Source of the DNA: Macrostomum hystrix
Lineage: Eukaryota > Animalia > Platyhelminthes
Assembly: GCA_950097015.1 (NCBI GenBank)
Contig: CATNEN010000038.1
Location: forward strand, 9,982,001-10,046,000
Reading direction: 5' to 3'
Length of the DNA: 64,000 nucleotides
Shown here: positions 49,665 through 62,643 of the stretch, in pieces
Numbering within the stretch: the stretch's first letter is position 1
How the letters are laid out: each line of letters begins with the position of its first letter
Translations under genes and position numbers: made by a program
The notes under the pieces: model-generated
Database searches by the model: none
Told to the model about the DNA's origin: nothing
What the model saw: the letters and a program-made list of their open reading frames with translations, nothing else

Positions 49665-52600
49665 ACCGGCTAAAACAGAGTTTGAATCATGGCTAAACCA
49701 GAGTCTGAATCATGGCTAAACCAGAGTCTGAATCATAGCTAAACCAGAGTCTGAATCATGGCTAAACCAGAGTCTGGATCATGGCTACACCAGAGTCTGA
49801 ATCATGGCTAAACCAGAGTCTGAATCATGGCTACACCAGAGTCTGAATCATGGCTAAACCAGAGTTTGAATCATGGCTAAACCAGAGTCTGAATCATGGC
49901 TAAACCAGAGTCTGAATCATGGCTAAACCAGAGTCTGAATCATGGCTAAACCAGAGTCTGGATCATGGCTACACCAGAGTCTGAATCATGGCTAAACCAG
50001 AGTCTGAATCATGGCTAAACCAGAGTCTGAATCAAGGCTAAACCAGAGTCTGAATCATGGCTAAACCAGAGTCTGAATCATGGCTAAACCAGAGTCTGAA
50101 TCATGGCTAAACCAGAGTCTGAATCATGGCTAAACCAGAGTCTGAATCATGGCTAAACCAGAGTCTGAATCATGGCTACACCAGAGTCTGAATCATGGCT
50201 ACACCAGAGTCTGAATCATGGCTAAACCAGAGTCTGAATCATGGCTAAACCAGAGTCTGAATCATGGCTAAACCAGAGTCTGAATCATGGCTAAACCAGA
50301 GTCTGAATCATGGCTAAACCAGAGTCTGAATCATGGCTAAACCAGAGTCTGAATCATGGCTAAACCAGAGTCTGAATCATGGCTACACCAGAGTCTGAAT
50401 CATGGCTAAACCAGAGTCTGAATCATGGCTAAACCAGAGTCTGAATCATAGCTAAACCAGAGTCTGAATCATGGCTAAACCAGAGTCAGAATCATGGCTA
50501 AACCAGAGTCTGAATCATGGCTAAACCAGAGTTTGAATCATAGCTAAACCAGAGTCTGAATCATGGCTAAACCAGAGTTTGAATCATAGCTAAACCAGAG
50601 TCTGAATCATGGCTACACCAGAGTTTAAATCATAGCTAAACCAGAGTTTGAATCATGGCTAAACCAGAGTTTGAATCATAGCTAAACAAGCGTCTGAATC
50701 ATGGCTAAACCAGAGTCTGAATCATGGCTAAACCAGAGTCTGAATCATGGCTAAACCAGAGTCTGAATCATGGCTACACCAGAGTCTGAATCATGGCTAC
50801 ACCAGAGTCTGAATCATGGCTAAACCAGAGTCTGAATCATGGCTAAACCAGAGTCTGAATCATGGCTAAACCAGAGTCTGAATCATGGCTAAACCAGAGT
50901 CTGAATCATGGCTAAACCAGAGTCTGAATCATGGCTAAACCAGAGTCTGAATCATGGCTAAACCAGAGTCTGAATCATGGCTACACCAGAGTCTGAATCA
51001 TGGCTAAACCAGAGTCTGAATCATGGCTAAACCAGAGTCTGAATCATAGCTAAACCAGAGTCTGAATCATGGCTAAACCAGAGTCAGAATCATGGCTAAA
51101 CCAGAGTCTGAATCATGGCTAAACCAGAGTTTGAATCATAGCTAAACCAGAGTCTGAATCATGGCTAAACCAGAGTTTGAATCATAGCTAAACCAGAGTC
51201 TGAATCATGGCTACACCAGAGTTTAAATCATAGCTAAACCAGAGTTTGAATCATGGCTAAACCAGAGTTTGAATCATAGCTAAACAAGCGTCTGAATCAT
51301 GGCAAAACCAGAGTTTGAATTATAGCTAAAACAGAGTTTGAATCATGGCTAAACCAGAGTCTGAATCATGGCTACACCAGAGTCTGAATCATGGCTAAAC
51401 CAGAGTCTGAATCATGGCTAAACCAGAGTCTGAATCATGGCTAAACCAGAGTCTGAATCATGGCTAAACCAGAGTCTGAATCATGGCTAAACCAGAGTCT
51501 GAATCATGGCTAAACCAGAATCTGAATCATGGCTACACCAGAGTCTGAATCATGGCTACACCAGAGTCTGAATCATGGCTACACCAGAGTCTGAATCATG
51601 GCTAAATCAGAGTCTGGATCATGGCTAAACCAGAGTCTGAATCATGGCTAAACCAGAGTCTGAATCATGGCTAAACCAGAGTCTGAATCATGGCTAAACC
51701 AGAGTCTGAATCATGGCTACACCAGAGTCTAAATCATGGCTAAACCAGAGTCTGAATCAAGGCTAAACCAGAGTCTGGATCATGGCTAAACCAGAGTCTG
51801 AATCATGGCTAAACCAGAGTCTGAATCATGGCTAAACCAGAGTTTGAATCATGGCTAAACCAGAGTCTGAATCATGGCTAAACCAGAGTCTGAATCATGG
51901 CTAAACCAGAGTTTGAATCATAGCTAAACCAGAGTCTGAATCATGGCTAAACCAGAGTCTGAATCATGGCTACACCAGAGTCTGAATCATGGCTAAACCA
52001 GAGTCTGAATCATGGCTACACCAGAGTCTGAATCATAGCTAAACCAGAGTCTGAATCATGGCTAAACCAGAGTCAGAATCATGGCTAAACCAGAGTCTGA
52101 ATCATGGCTAAACCAGAGTTTGAATCATAGCTAAACCAGAGTCTGAATCATGGCTACACCAGAGTTTAAATCATAGCTAAACCAGAGTTTGAATCATGGC
52201 TAAACCAGAGTTTGAATCATAGCTAAACAAGCGTCTGAATCATGGCAAAACCAGAGTTTGAATTATAGCTAAAACAGAGTTTGAATCATGGCTAAACCAG
52301 AGTCTGAATCATGGCTACACCAGAGTCTGAATCATGGCTAAACCAGAGTCTGAATCATGGCTAAACCAGAGTCTGAATCATGGCTAAACCAGAGTCTGAA
52401 TCATGGCTAAACCAGAGTCTGAATCATGGCTAAACCAGAGTCTGAATCATGGCTAAACCAGAATCTGAATCATGGCTACACCAGAGTCTGAATCATGGCT
52501 ACACCAGAGTCTGAATCATGGCTACACCAGAGTCTGAATCATGGCTAAATCAGAGTCTGGATCATGGCTAAACCAGAGTCTGAATCATGGCTAAACCAGA

Positions 52601-54685
52601 GTCTGAATCATGGCTAAACCAGAGTCTGAATCATGGCTAAACCAGAGTCTGAATCATGGCTACACCAGAGTCTGGATCATGGCTACACCAGAGTCTGAAT
52701 CATGGCTAAACCAGAGTCTGAATCATGGCTAAACCAGAGTCTGAATCAAGGCTAAACCAGAGTCTGAATCATGGCTAAACCAGAGTCTGAATCATGGCTA
52801 AACCAGAGTCTGAATCATGGCTACACCAGAGTCTAAATCATGGCTAAACCAGAGTCTGAATCAAGGCTAAACCAGAGTCTGGATCATGGCTAAACCAGAG
52901 TCTGAATCATGGCTAAACCAGAGTCTGAATCATGGCTAAACCAGAGTCTGAATCATGGCTACACCAGAGTCTAAATCATGGCTAAACCAGAGTCTGAATC
53001 AAGGCTAAACCAGAGTCTGGATCATGGCTAAACCAGAGTCTGAATCATGGCTAAACCAGAGTCTGAATCATGGCTAAACCAGAGTTTGAATCATGGCTAA
53101 ACCAGAGTCTGAATCATGGCTAAACCAGAGTCTGAATCATGGCTAAACCAGAGTTTGAATCATAGCTAAACCAGAGTCTGAATCATGGCTAAACCAGAGT
53201 CTGAATCATGGCTACACCAGAGTCTGAATCATGGCTAAACCAGAGTCTGAATCATGGCTACACCAGAGTCTGAATCATAGCTAAACCAGAGTCTGAATCA
53301 TGGCTAAACCAGAGTCAGAATCATGGCTAAACCAGAGTCTGAATCATGGCTAAACCAGAGTTTGAATCATAGCTAAACCAGAGTCTGAATCATGGCTACA
53401 CCAGAGTTTAAATCATAGCTAAACCAGAGTTTGAATCATGGCTAAACCAGAGTTTGAATCATGGCTAAACCAGAGTTTGAATCATAGCTAAACAAGCGTC
53501 TGAATCATGGCAAAACCAGAGTTTGAATTATAGCTAAAACAGAGTTTGAATCATGGCTACACCAGAGTCTGAATCATGGCTACACCAGAGTCTGAATCAT
53601 GGCTACACCAGAGTCTGAATCATGGCTAAATCAGAGTCTGGATCATGGCTAAACCAGAGTCTGAATCATGGCTAAACCAGAGTCTGAATCATGGCTAAAC
53701 CAGAGTCTGAATCATGGCTAAACCAGAGTCTGAATCATGGCTACACCAGAGTCTAAATCATGGCTAAACCAGAGTCTGAATCAAGGCTAAACCAGAGTCT
53801 GGATCATGGCTAAACCAGAGTCTGAATCATGGCTAAACCAGAGTCTGAATCATGGCTAAACCAGAGTTTGAATCATGGCTAAACCAGAGTCTGAATCATG
53901 GCTAAACCAGAGTCTGAATCATGGCTAAACCAGAGTTTGAATCATAGCTAAACCAGAGTCTGAATCATGGCTAAACCAGAGTTTGAATCATGGCTAAACC
54001 AGAGTCTGAATCATAGCTAAACCAGAGTTTGAATCATAGCTAAACCAGAGTCTGAATCATGGCTACACCAGAGTCTGAATCATGGCTACACCAGAGTCTG
54101 AATCATGGCTCATAGCTAAACCAGAGTCTGAATCATGGCTAAACCAGAGTCTGAATCATGGCTACACCAGAGTCTGAATCATGGCTAAACCAGAGTTTGA
54201 ATCATAGCTAAACCAGAGTCTGAATCATAGCTAAACCAGAGTTTGAATCATAGCTAAACAAGCGTCTGAATCATGGCAAAACCAGAGTTTGAATCATAGC
54301 TAAAACAGAGTTTGAATCATGGCTAAACCAGAGTCTGAATCATGGCTACACCAGAGTCTGAATCATGGCTACACCAGAGTCTGAATCATGGCTCATAGCT
54401 AAACCAGAGTCTGAATCATGGCTAAACCAGAGTCTGAATCATGGCTAAACCAGAGTCTGAATCATGGCTACACCAGAGTCTGAATCATGGCTAAACCAGA
54501 GTTTAAATCATAGCTAAACCTGCGTCTGAATCATGGCTAAACCAGAGTTTGAATCATAGCTAAACCAGCGTCTGAATCATGGCTAAACCAGAGTTTGAAT
54601 CATGGCTAAACCAGAGTTTGAATCATGGCAAAACCAGAGTTTGAATCATGGCTAACCCAGCGTTTGAATCATTGCTAAACCAGAA
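49665..54685. repeat. 23-bp satellite (CATGGCTAAACCAGAGTCTGAAT), about 5 kb
   Basis: Read directly; recurring variant blocks. Confidence 0.98.
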
Positions 54686-54689
54686 CTGG

Positions 54690-55628
54690 TGGATAATCGT
54701 CAACTGGGGGATCATGGTAAACTGGGGGATAATTGTCAACTGGGGGATCATTGTCAACTGGAGGATCATTGGCAACTGGGGGATAATTGTCAACTGGGGG
54801 ATAATTGTCACGGGGAAACATCACCAAATGCGGGATCATAATCAACTAGGGGATCATTGTCAACTAGGGGATCATGTTCAACTGCGGGAACATTGTCAAC
54901 TGGGATCACCATCAATGGGGGATCATAGTCAACTGAGAGATAATTGTCAACTGGAGGATCATTGTCAACGGGGGGATAGTTGTCAACTGGGGGATAATTG
55001 TCAACTGGGGAGTCATCATCAAATGCGGGATCATGGTTAACTGGGGGATAATTGTCAACTGGGGGATCATTGTCAACTGGGAGATCATTGTCAATGTCAA
55101 CTGGGGGATCATTGTCAACTGGGGATCATTGTCAACTGGGGGTTTATCATCACCCGGAGGATCATTGTGAACTGGGGGGATCATTGTCAACTTGTTGATC
55201 ATCATCAACTGGGGGATCATTGTCAACTGTGGGAACATTGTCAACTGGGGGAACGTTGTCAACTGGAGATTATCATCAATGGGGAGTCATCATTAACTGG
55301 GGGATCATTGTCAACTGCGTGATCATCATCAATTGGGGGATTATTGTCAACTCGGGGATCATTGTCAGCTGTGGGAACATTGTCAACTGGGGATCATCAT
55401 CAATGGGGAGTCATCATTAACTGGGGGATCATTGTCAACTGCGTGATCATCATCAATTGAGGGATTATTGTCAACTGGGGGATCATAATCAACTGCGTGA
55501 TCATCATCAATTGGGGGATTATTGTCAACGGGGGGATCATTGTCAACTGGGGGATCATTGTCAACTGGGGGATTATTGTCAACTGGGGAATCTTTATCAA
55601 CTGGGGGATCATTGTCAACTGATCATTG
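54690..55628. repeat. Degenerate 18-bp repeat (GGGGGATCATTGTCAACT)
   Basis: Read directly; abuts the 23-bp array. Confidence 0.93.
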
Positions 55629-55780
55629 TAGCGTAAAAAGGCTGAAAATGCAGCTGCTAAAAAGTGTATACTGGACGAAATCAAAATATTTCTGCTCCCC
55701 GAAGGGGGGCAAAACTTGCTAGTAAATCAAGCTAAAAATCATGTCTCAAGTAGTATGTTTTTTATACTATATATTTAATA

Positions 55781-56430
55781 GGGTAATGTATCATCAACCA
55801 AACAAGAATGTGTATTTTTTTAACTTCAAACCTAAGCTATAGATTTTCTATTTAAGATATGATGATAAATCAAATGCCAAGTTATAGAAAACAGTTAAAT
55901 CTTTCTAAAAAGTATCTGCTTTTGCTATTTTGTCAAATAGAAAAAAGTTATTCTTGCTTTTTATCTAAAACCAAAAAATGATTTTCATGTATCTTCAAAC
56001 CAAACAGAGAATTTGATGTTTGGTTTTACAATTTGAGTGAGTGGTTTAATCTTATTTTAAGGAGTGAACTATAATGAATTATGTCATTTGAAAGCATTAT
56101 AAAGCATCTTCATGCTCTATAAATAACTACATTTATGGTCACTTAATTGGCAAGCAACCATATACAATCTTCGTCTAAAGTACATACAGAAAAATTGTTG
56201 TTAAAAAGTATGCTTTTGCAATAAAAATTTCTACTGAAACATCAATATCTTTCTTTCCTCTTAATGCTTCATTGCACATCATGCCTCAGCTTGTATATAA
56301 TTTATTCAACTTCAAATTAGTTGTTCTGTGAAACACAATAGCTTGTTTCTGTCTTGCACAAGACCAAGGAAGGAGTCAAAAGTATTGTTCGGTTTTGAAG
56401 ATACACTGTTTGGTTGATGATACATTACCC
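55781..56430. mobile_element. MITE with TA flanks
   Basis: TIR GGGTAATGTATCATCAACCAAACA / TGTTTGGTTGATGATACATTACCC with TA on each side; internal copies of the TIR motif at about 55988 and 56385. Confidence 0.85.
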
Positions 56431-56680
56431 TATTGAATGCTGTCTGTCTATCTGTTTCCAGTGCTTCCTATAGCCATTGGCATTAAATTTTGTTCATTGA
56501 TAATAATAGGTAGCTAGCTAACAAAAAAGTTTAGACTAGTTTAAATAATTTTTGCTAGTAACTAGTTTTTTAATGTTTTTTGCTTTGACTCATACTTTGA
56601 CTCATACCATACTAAATAGAAATCCATAATTCAGTAGTGTATCCAGCTTTTTCTTTGGGAGGGAGGAAACATTTGGGTAA

Positions 56681-57282
56681 GGTAACCAGTCATTTCGGCC
56701 ATAGGCATTTTGGCCAAAATCCATTTTGGCAAGAAGCCATTTTGGCCTCAAACCATTTCAGCCACAAACCAGTTTGGCCCCATACTTATATAAACTCACA
56801 ACATTCTTATGGCTAATTTATAATTTATCTAAGAGTTTTTAATTTTATTTTATAGCAATGATGGAAAGCACAAATTTGACTTAATACAATTACAAAGAAT
56901 TTTAAATACATGCTTTAAGTATTTGGGCAGTATAAAAGTAAAAAAATAAGAGGACTTGGTACACAAGGAATGGTAAAAATGTAAATATTCTGTACCAATG
57001 CGAATAGTTCAGTACTGCCGATGTGTGCATTTCACTTGCTATTATGAGTATTGTGGATAAGTTTGGCTGCAGAGTCCAAGAAGGCATTTACTACTGTGGT
57101 ATCGAAGATGTACAGTCCTTTAGGCTTCAACTCATTTTAAGGACTGCTTGAATGTACTGAAAATTATGGACAGTACATTTATGTACAGACAACTATAGTA
57201 ATGTTAGCATTATTATGCTCATTTGACTTTTGGCCAAAATGGCTATGGCCGAAACTGTGTATGGCCAAAACAACCAGAATTC
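56681..57282. mobile_element. Degenerate foldback-type MITE with 8-bp TSD
   Basis: TSD TTGGGTAA (56673-56680 / 57283-57290); inverted arrays of about 15-bp CATTTTGGCC repeats in both arms. Confidence 0.7.
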
Positions 57283-58087
57283 TTGGGTAAGGTGCATCAA
57301 CCAAAAACTGCTAATGATGCTCCATTGTGCCAATGTAGAGCTATGAGGGGTCACTTTGGTGGTGATATGACAATTGGGAGTATCCAAAATTTCAGGCAGG
57401 TTATTGCCCTTTAGCACTCCTGGATTCATCCTACCTTGGTAGGTAACTATTTTTGTGACTAACTCTCTAGCTAGCTACATATTGCTCTATTGCTTCTTAA
57501 TTTTGTTTACATATTGGTTAGCTACCTTTAGTATATTTTTCTACCTGCCTGTCTTCTATTAAAAATGTTCTTTTTAAAAAAAGGAATTACTAGCTAAGAT
57601 ATAAATCAAATATTAAAAAAAATAATATATGGCTACATTTGTCAAAAACTACCTGGTTGCATTTATTTTTTCTTATTACAATACTGTAAGATAGAAAGCA
57701 CATTCAGATACATAGAAAAAATGCCTTTATTATTGGCTAGCCTGTAATTCTTTTTTTTCACTATAGCTGGTGATTAGATACTTTATAAGATTTTATAACA
57801 ATTACTTTTAAACATCAAACCAAATTTCTGTTCTTGCTTTTTATATATTCTAGTAATTCTTAGTTAACACAAGCTTCTTTTTAAAAGCTATATTATATAT
57901 AGAACTGAACATTATTCATCATGTTATTGTCTTAAGTATTCTATTGAATGGTTAGCACAATCTTTACCACCTAGCACCTGAATTTTAAATATTTCAATTT
58001 TTTTAATGTTTCTGTTTCAGAACAGTCGCTGGTAAATAGCAAGAAGGTTACCAAAGTTTGTCATAACTTTAATAAGCAATTCAAGCC

Positions 58088-58486
58088 ATGCAGGTAGTGA
58101 ATGAGTGTGCCCAGCTGCTCACTAATGCCGAGGTCTATGAGCTCCTAGATGGCATACGTAAGAGCAGACGAACAGTGGCCCAGCGCGGCTCAGCAATGAA
58201 GAATCTAGCCACTTTGACGCACACTGCCCACAAATTCTTAGCTGAGCAGACCCCAGCGCCCAGCCAGACTAACTCAGCCATTGCTGCCTTCCTCGGCGAC
58301 ATTGCCAATCTTCAGCTGAGTCGCCAGGAGGCTCTGCAAATTGTTAACCTGTGTCCAAGATCTGCTGTTGAAGTGCACGTCATTGTTGACGACTGTGATC
58401 AGCGGCTAACTGATGAACAGGTGCAGCGGGTGCTGGACCTGGTTGCCACCCGGTTCCTTGCTGGAGCACCTGGTGACTCGTCCTGA
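58088..58486 (+). CDS. CRCP: RNA polymerase III subunit RPC9/C17 (CGRP receptor component), intronless
   Basis: MQVVNECAQLLTNAEVYELL...NLATLTH...L...EALQIVNLCPRSAVEVHVIVDDCDQRLTDEQV fits the Rpb4/RPC9 HRDC-like family. A splice acceptor TTTCTGTTTCAG ends at 58020. Confidence 0.9.
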   Translation: MQVVNECAQLLTNAEVYELLDGIRKSRRTVAQRGSAMKNLATLTHTAHKFLAEQTPAPSQTNSAIAAFLGDIANLQLSRQEALQIVNLCPRSAVEVHVIVDDCDQRLTDEQVQRVLDLVATRFLAGAPGDSS

Positions 58487-58599
58487 TAGCTATCCCAAAA
58501 AGTGTGTCTAATAGTGTGTTTATCATTATCCCGAATCCCATATCCTGTAACTTCCATAATCCCTTTCTAGTAGCATCACTAATTCCGTCTGGCAACATC

Positions 58600-60970
58600 T
58601 TAAATCCCTGTCTAGTAATATCCCTAAATACCCTGTTGGTAATATCCCCAAATGCCCTATCTGGTAATATCCCCAAATGCCCTATCTGGTAATATCCCTT
58701 AATACCCTATCTGGTAATATCCCTAAATACCCTATCTGGTAATATCCCTAAATACCATGTCTGGTAATATCCCCAAATGCCCTATCTGGTAATATCCCTA
58801 AATACCCTATCTGGTAATATCCCTAAATACCCTATCTGGTAATATCCCTAAATACCATGTCTGGTCATATCCCCAAATGCCCTATCTGGTAATATCCCTA
58901 AATACCCTATCTGGTAATATCCCTAAATACCATGTCTGGTAATATCCCCAAATGCCCTATCTGGTAATATCCCTAAATACCCTATCTGGTAATATCCCTA
59001 AATACCCTATCTGGTAATATCCCTAAATACCATGTATGGTAATATCCCCAAATGCCCTATCTGGTAATATCCCTAAATACCCTATCTGGTAATATCCCTA
59101 AATACCCTATCTGGTAATATCCCTAAATACCATGTCTGGTAATATCCCCAAATGCCCTATCTGGTAATATCCCTAAATACCCTATCTGGTAATATCCCTA
59201 AATACCCTATCTGGTAATATCCCTAAATACCCTATCTGGTAATATCCCTAAATACCCTATCTGGTAATATCCCTAAATACCCTATCTGGTAATATCCCCA
59301 AATACCCTATCTGGTAATATCCCTAAATACCCTATCTGGTAATATCCCTAAATACCATGTCTGGTAATATCCCTAAATACCCTATCTTATAATATCCCTA
59401 AATACCCTATCTGGTAATATCCCTAAATACCCTATCTGGTAATATCCCTAAATACCCTATCTGGTAATATCCCTAAATACCATGTATGGTAATATCCCCA
59501 AATGCCCTATCTGGTAATATCCCTAAATACCCTATCTGGTAATATCCCTAAATACCCTATCTGGTAATATCCCTAAATACCATGTCTGGTAATATCCCCA
59601 AATGCCCTATCTGGTAATATCCCTAAATACCCTATCTGGTAATATCCCTAAATACCCTATCTGGTAATATCCCTAAATACCCTATCTGGTAATATCCCTA
59701 AATACCCTATCTGGTAATATCCCCAAATACCCTATCTGGTAATATCCCTAAATACCCTATCTGGTAATATCCCTAAATACCCTATCTGGTAATATCCCTA
59801 AATACCATGTCTGGTAATATCCCTAAATACCCTATCTGGTAATATCTCTAAATACCCTATCTGGTAATATCCCTAAATACCCTATCTGGTAATATCCCTA
59901 AATACCATGTCTGGTAATATCCCTAAATACCCTATCTGGTAATATCCCTAAATACCCTATCTGGTAATATCCCTAAATACCCTATCTGGTAATATCCCTA
60001 AATACCCTATCTGGTAATGTCCCTAAATACCCTATCTGGTTATATCCCTAAATACCCTATCTGGTAATATCCCCAAATACCCTATCTGGTAATATCCCTT
60101 AATACCCTATCTGGTAATATCCCTAAATACCCTATCTGGTAATATCCCTAAATACCCTATCTGGTAATATCCCCAAATACCCTATCTGGTAATGTCCCTA
60201 AATACCCTATCTGGTTATATCCCTAAATACCCTATCTGGTAATATCCCCAAATACCCTATCTGGTAATATCCCTAAATACCCTATCTGGTAATATCCCTA
60301 AATACCCTATCTGGTTATATCCCTAAATACCCTATCTGGTAATATCCCTAAATACCCTATCTGGTAATATCCCTAAATACCCTATCTGGTAATATCCCTA
60401 AATACCCTATCTGGTAATATCCCTAAATACCCTATCTGGTAATGTCCCTAAATACCCTATCTGGTTATATCCCTAAATACCCTATCTGGTAATATCCCCA
60501 AATACCCTATCTGGTAATATCCCTTAATACCCTATCTGGTAATATCCCTTAATACCCTATCTGGTAATATCCCTAAATACCCTATCTGGTAATATCCCCA
60601 AATACCCTATCTGGTAATATCCCTAAATACCCTATCTGGTAATATCCCTAAATACCCTATCTGGTAATATCCCTAAACACCATGTCTGGTAATATCCCCA
60701 AATGCCCTATCTGGTAATATCCCTAAATACCCTATCTGGTAATATCCCCAAATACCCTATCTGGTAATATCCCTAAATACCCTATCTGGTAATATCCCTA
60801 AATACCATGTCTGGTAATATCCCCAAATGCCCTATCTGGTAATATCCCCAAATGCCCTATCTGGTAATATCCCCAAATGCCCTATCTGGTAATATCCCTA
60901 AATACCCTATCTGGTAATATCCCCAAATGCCCTATCTGGTAATATCCCTAAATACTCTATCTGGTAATAT
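58600..60970. repeat. 25-bp satellite (CTGGTAATATCCCTAAATACCCTAT) directly 3' of CRCP
   Basis: Read directly; degenerate left edge from about 58500. Confidence 0.98.
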
Positions 60971-61439
60971 ACACAGTTCCATGCCAAGGAATATAAAATG
61001 CGTGCTATATCGTATTCTCTACTTCCTAGTCGTATGTTATCTGTTTCTCGCCGTCACTGCCTAACTATGAGTAAACCATTTGTTCATAGTAAAATACAAA
61101 TTTGAGTACATGTTTGTCTGCTGTCTTCGAAATTGGTAAAAAAATGTTATTTACCTTCCTCTTTTAAATGTAGATTTTTTTCTTATCTACTATGTCCAGA
61201 GTAGTATCCTACGTTTTACGTTAAATTTTTTGGTTAAAAACCTAACAAATGAAATTATTTAGAATTCCCTATCGAAATTTCGTGACTGAAATCTGCACTT
61301 GAAGGGCTCTGCCCGTGGAGATCTCCGCGTCAAGAATTCTAAATTGAACTTTTCCGCTGAAATTTCTTAATACTTAGTTTTCACTGTAAGTCTCATTGAA
61401 ATTTTTCATTGAGTTTTGAGTTTCAAATGTATTTCCGAA

Positions 61440-61680
61440 ATCTAGATTTCCCATTAGTATTTTCCTATCAAGATTTCCAATCGAGATTTCCCATGGAGAT
61501 ATGCGATTGGTATTTCCGCATCGAGATTTCCTATTTGTATTTTCCCATCGAGATTTCCGATTGGTTTTCCCTATCGAGATTTCCCATTGGGTATTTCCCT
61601 ATCGAGATTTCCCATTGGTATTTCCCATCGAGATTTCCCTTTTTTATTGTCCGATCGAGATTACCCATTGGTATTTCCCC
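61440..61680. repeat. Degenerate repeat of about 26-27 bp (TTTCCCATCGAGATTTCCCATTGGTA)
   Basis: Read directly. Confidence 0.8.
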
Positions 61681-61775
61681 ACTTTTGGCGTTGAAAGTCT
61701 GGGGACTCATGTTCAGTACTCATTAAGTTTCTATGCTCATGCCCTCAGCCCTGACCTGCACCAGCGCCAGCTTTC

Positions 61776-62114
61776 ATGGATGTCGAAGAGACCTTCAGAC
61801 GGCTGCAGTCGCACAAGAGTGTCGTAGGCGTGCTGATTGTTAGCCAAGATGGCGTGCCCATTCGCAGCTCATTCCCAGATAGGCAGCAGACTCTGCGGTA
61901 CAGCTGCCTAGCCCAGCAATTGGCCCACGGCGCCCGCGCCACCATGGCTGCCTGCGCGCCAACTGGCGATGTCGGCGATGCCATCGGCACGGATCTGGTG
62001 TTCCTGCGACTGCGCACTAGACGCGGCGAACTGCTGGTGGCGCCAGACAGAGACTTCCTGCTGGCTGTGCTGCAGGAGCCGGGGCAATGCGACAGGGACG
62101 GCCTGGCTGGATGA
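61776..62114 (+). CDS. DYNLRB: Dynein light chain Roadblock/LC7 family protein, intronless
   Basis: DVEETFRRLQSHKSVVGVLIV..DGVPIRS...DLVFLRLRTRRGELLVAPDRDFLLAVLQ. Confidence 0.9.
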   Translation: MDVEETFRRLQSHKSVVGVLIVSQDGVPIRSSFPDRQQTLRYSCLAQQLAHGARATMAACAPTGDVGDAIGTDLVFLRLRTRRGELLVAPDRDFLLAVLQEPGQCDRDGLAG

Positions 62115-62320
62115 GAAACACAGCTAACTAATCATAATGATAATTATTATTATTATAACTATCTTTCTTCAATTCTTGGATATCTTATTTCGAAAGGTCT
62201 AGGGTTCGATTCTCAGTCCTTAATTAAGCGAGTCGCTTGATTCTTAATTCCCCATTGTTTTAGTTCACCTAGCTTTAAAATGGATAGCTTGGGTAGAAAT
62301 TTTGTGTGGTTCCTGGTCTA

Positions 62321-62643
62321 ATAATAATACTATAATAATTGCAGGAGGGCTGCGGGCAATGGCACATCATTTAGTGACACTAGACCCGCAGCCAGCGAGG
62401 AGGCAATTCTGCCCATTTCGCTGACTCCTGAGCACACACGCACACAGTTACTGTACGCAGGCACACGCTCACACAGGTGTGTACATCTGCCCTGACTTTC
62501 TCATCGCCAGGCAGTGCACACTCTCACTGTGCCTTGGAGGTTGGCCCTCAAGGGCGCAAATAAATGTGGCCTCGTCGCGGAATCGAACTCAGGGACCTTG
62601 GAGCGAGAGGCAAACGCGTTAGACCGCTCTGCCACCGACCCCC
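62321..62643 (-). mobile_element. Full-length tRNA-derived SINE family A
   Basis: The sense strand starts GGGGGTCGGTGGCAGAGCGG (A box), has GAGTTCGATTCC (B box) and ends in an (ATT)n-like tail. 15-bp TSD GTGGTTCCTGGTCTA (62306-62320) / GTGGTTCCAGGTCTA (62644-62658). Confidence 0.92.

Noticed and set aside
57193-57429. 78-aa ORF as a candidate 5' exon of the Treslin-like gene
   Set aside because: It runs into a MITE, has no recognisable motif, and has no compatible splice path.
62380-62410. GCCTCCTCGCTGGC in the SINE A tail is identical to P3/L3 of the genomic HDV ribozyme
   Set aside because: There is no GG for P1.1 after the putative P1, no convincing J4/2 or P2, and the best partner strand (GCCCGCA) lies downstream and forms a simple hairpin.
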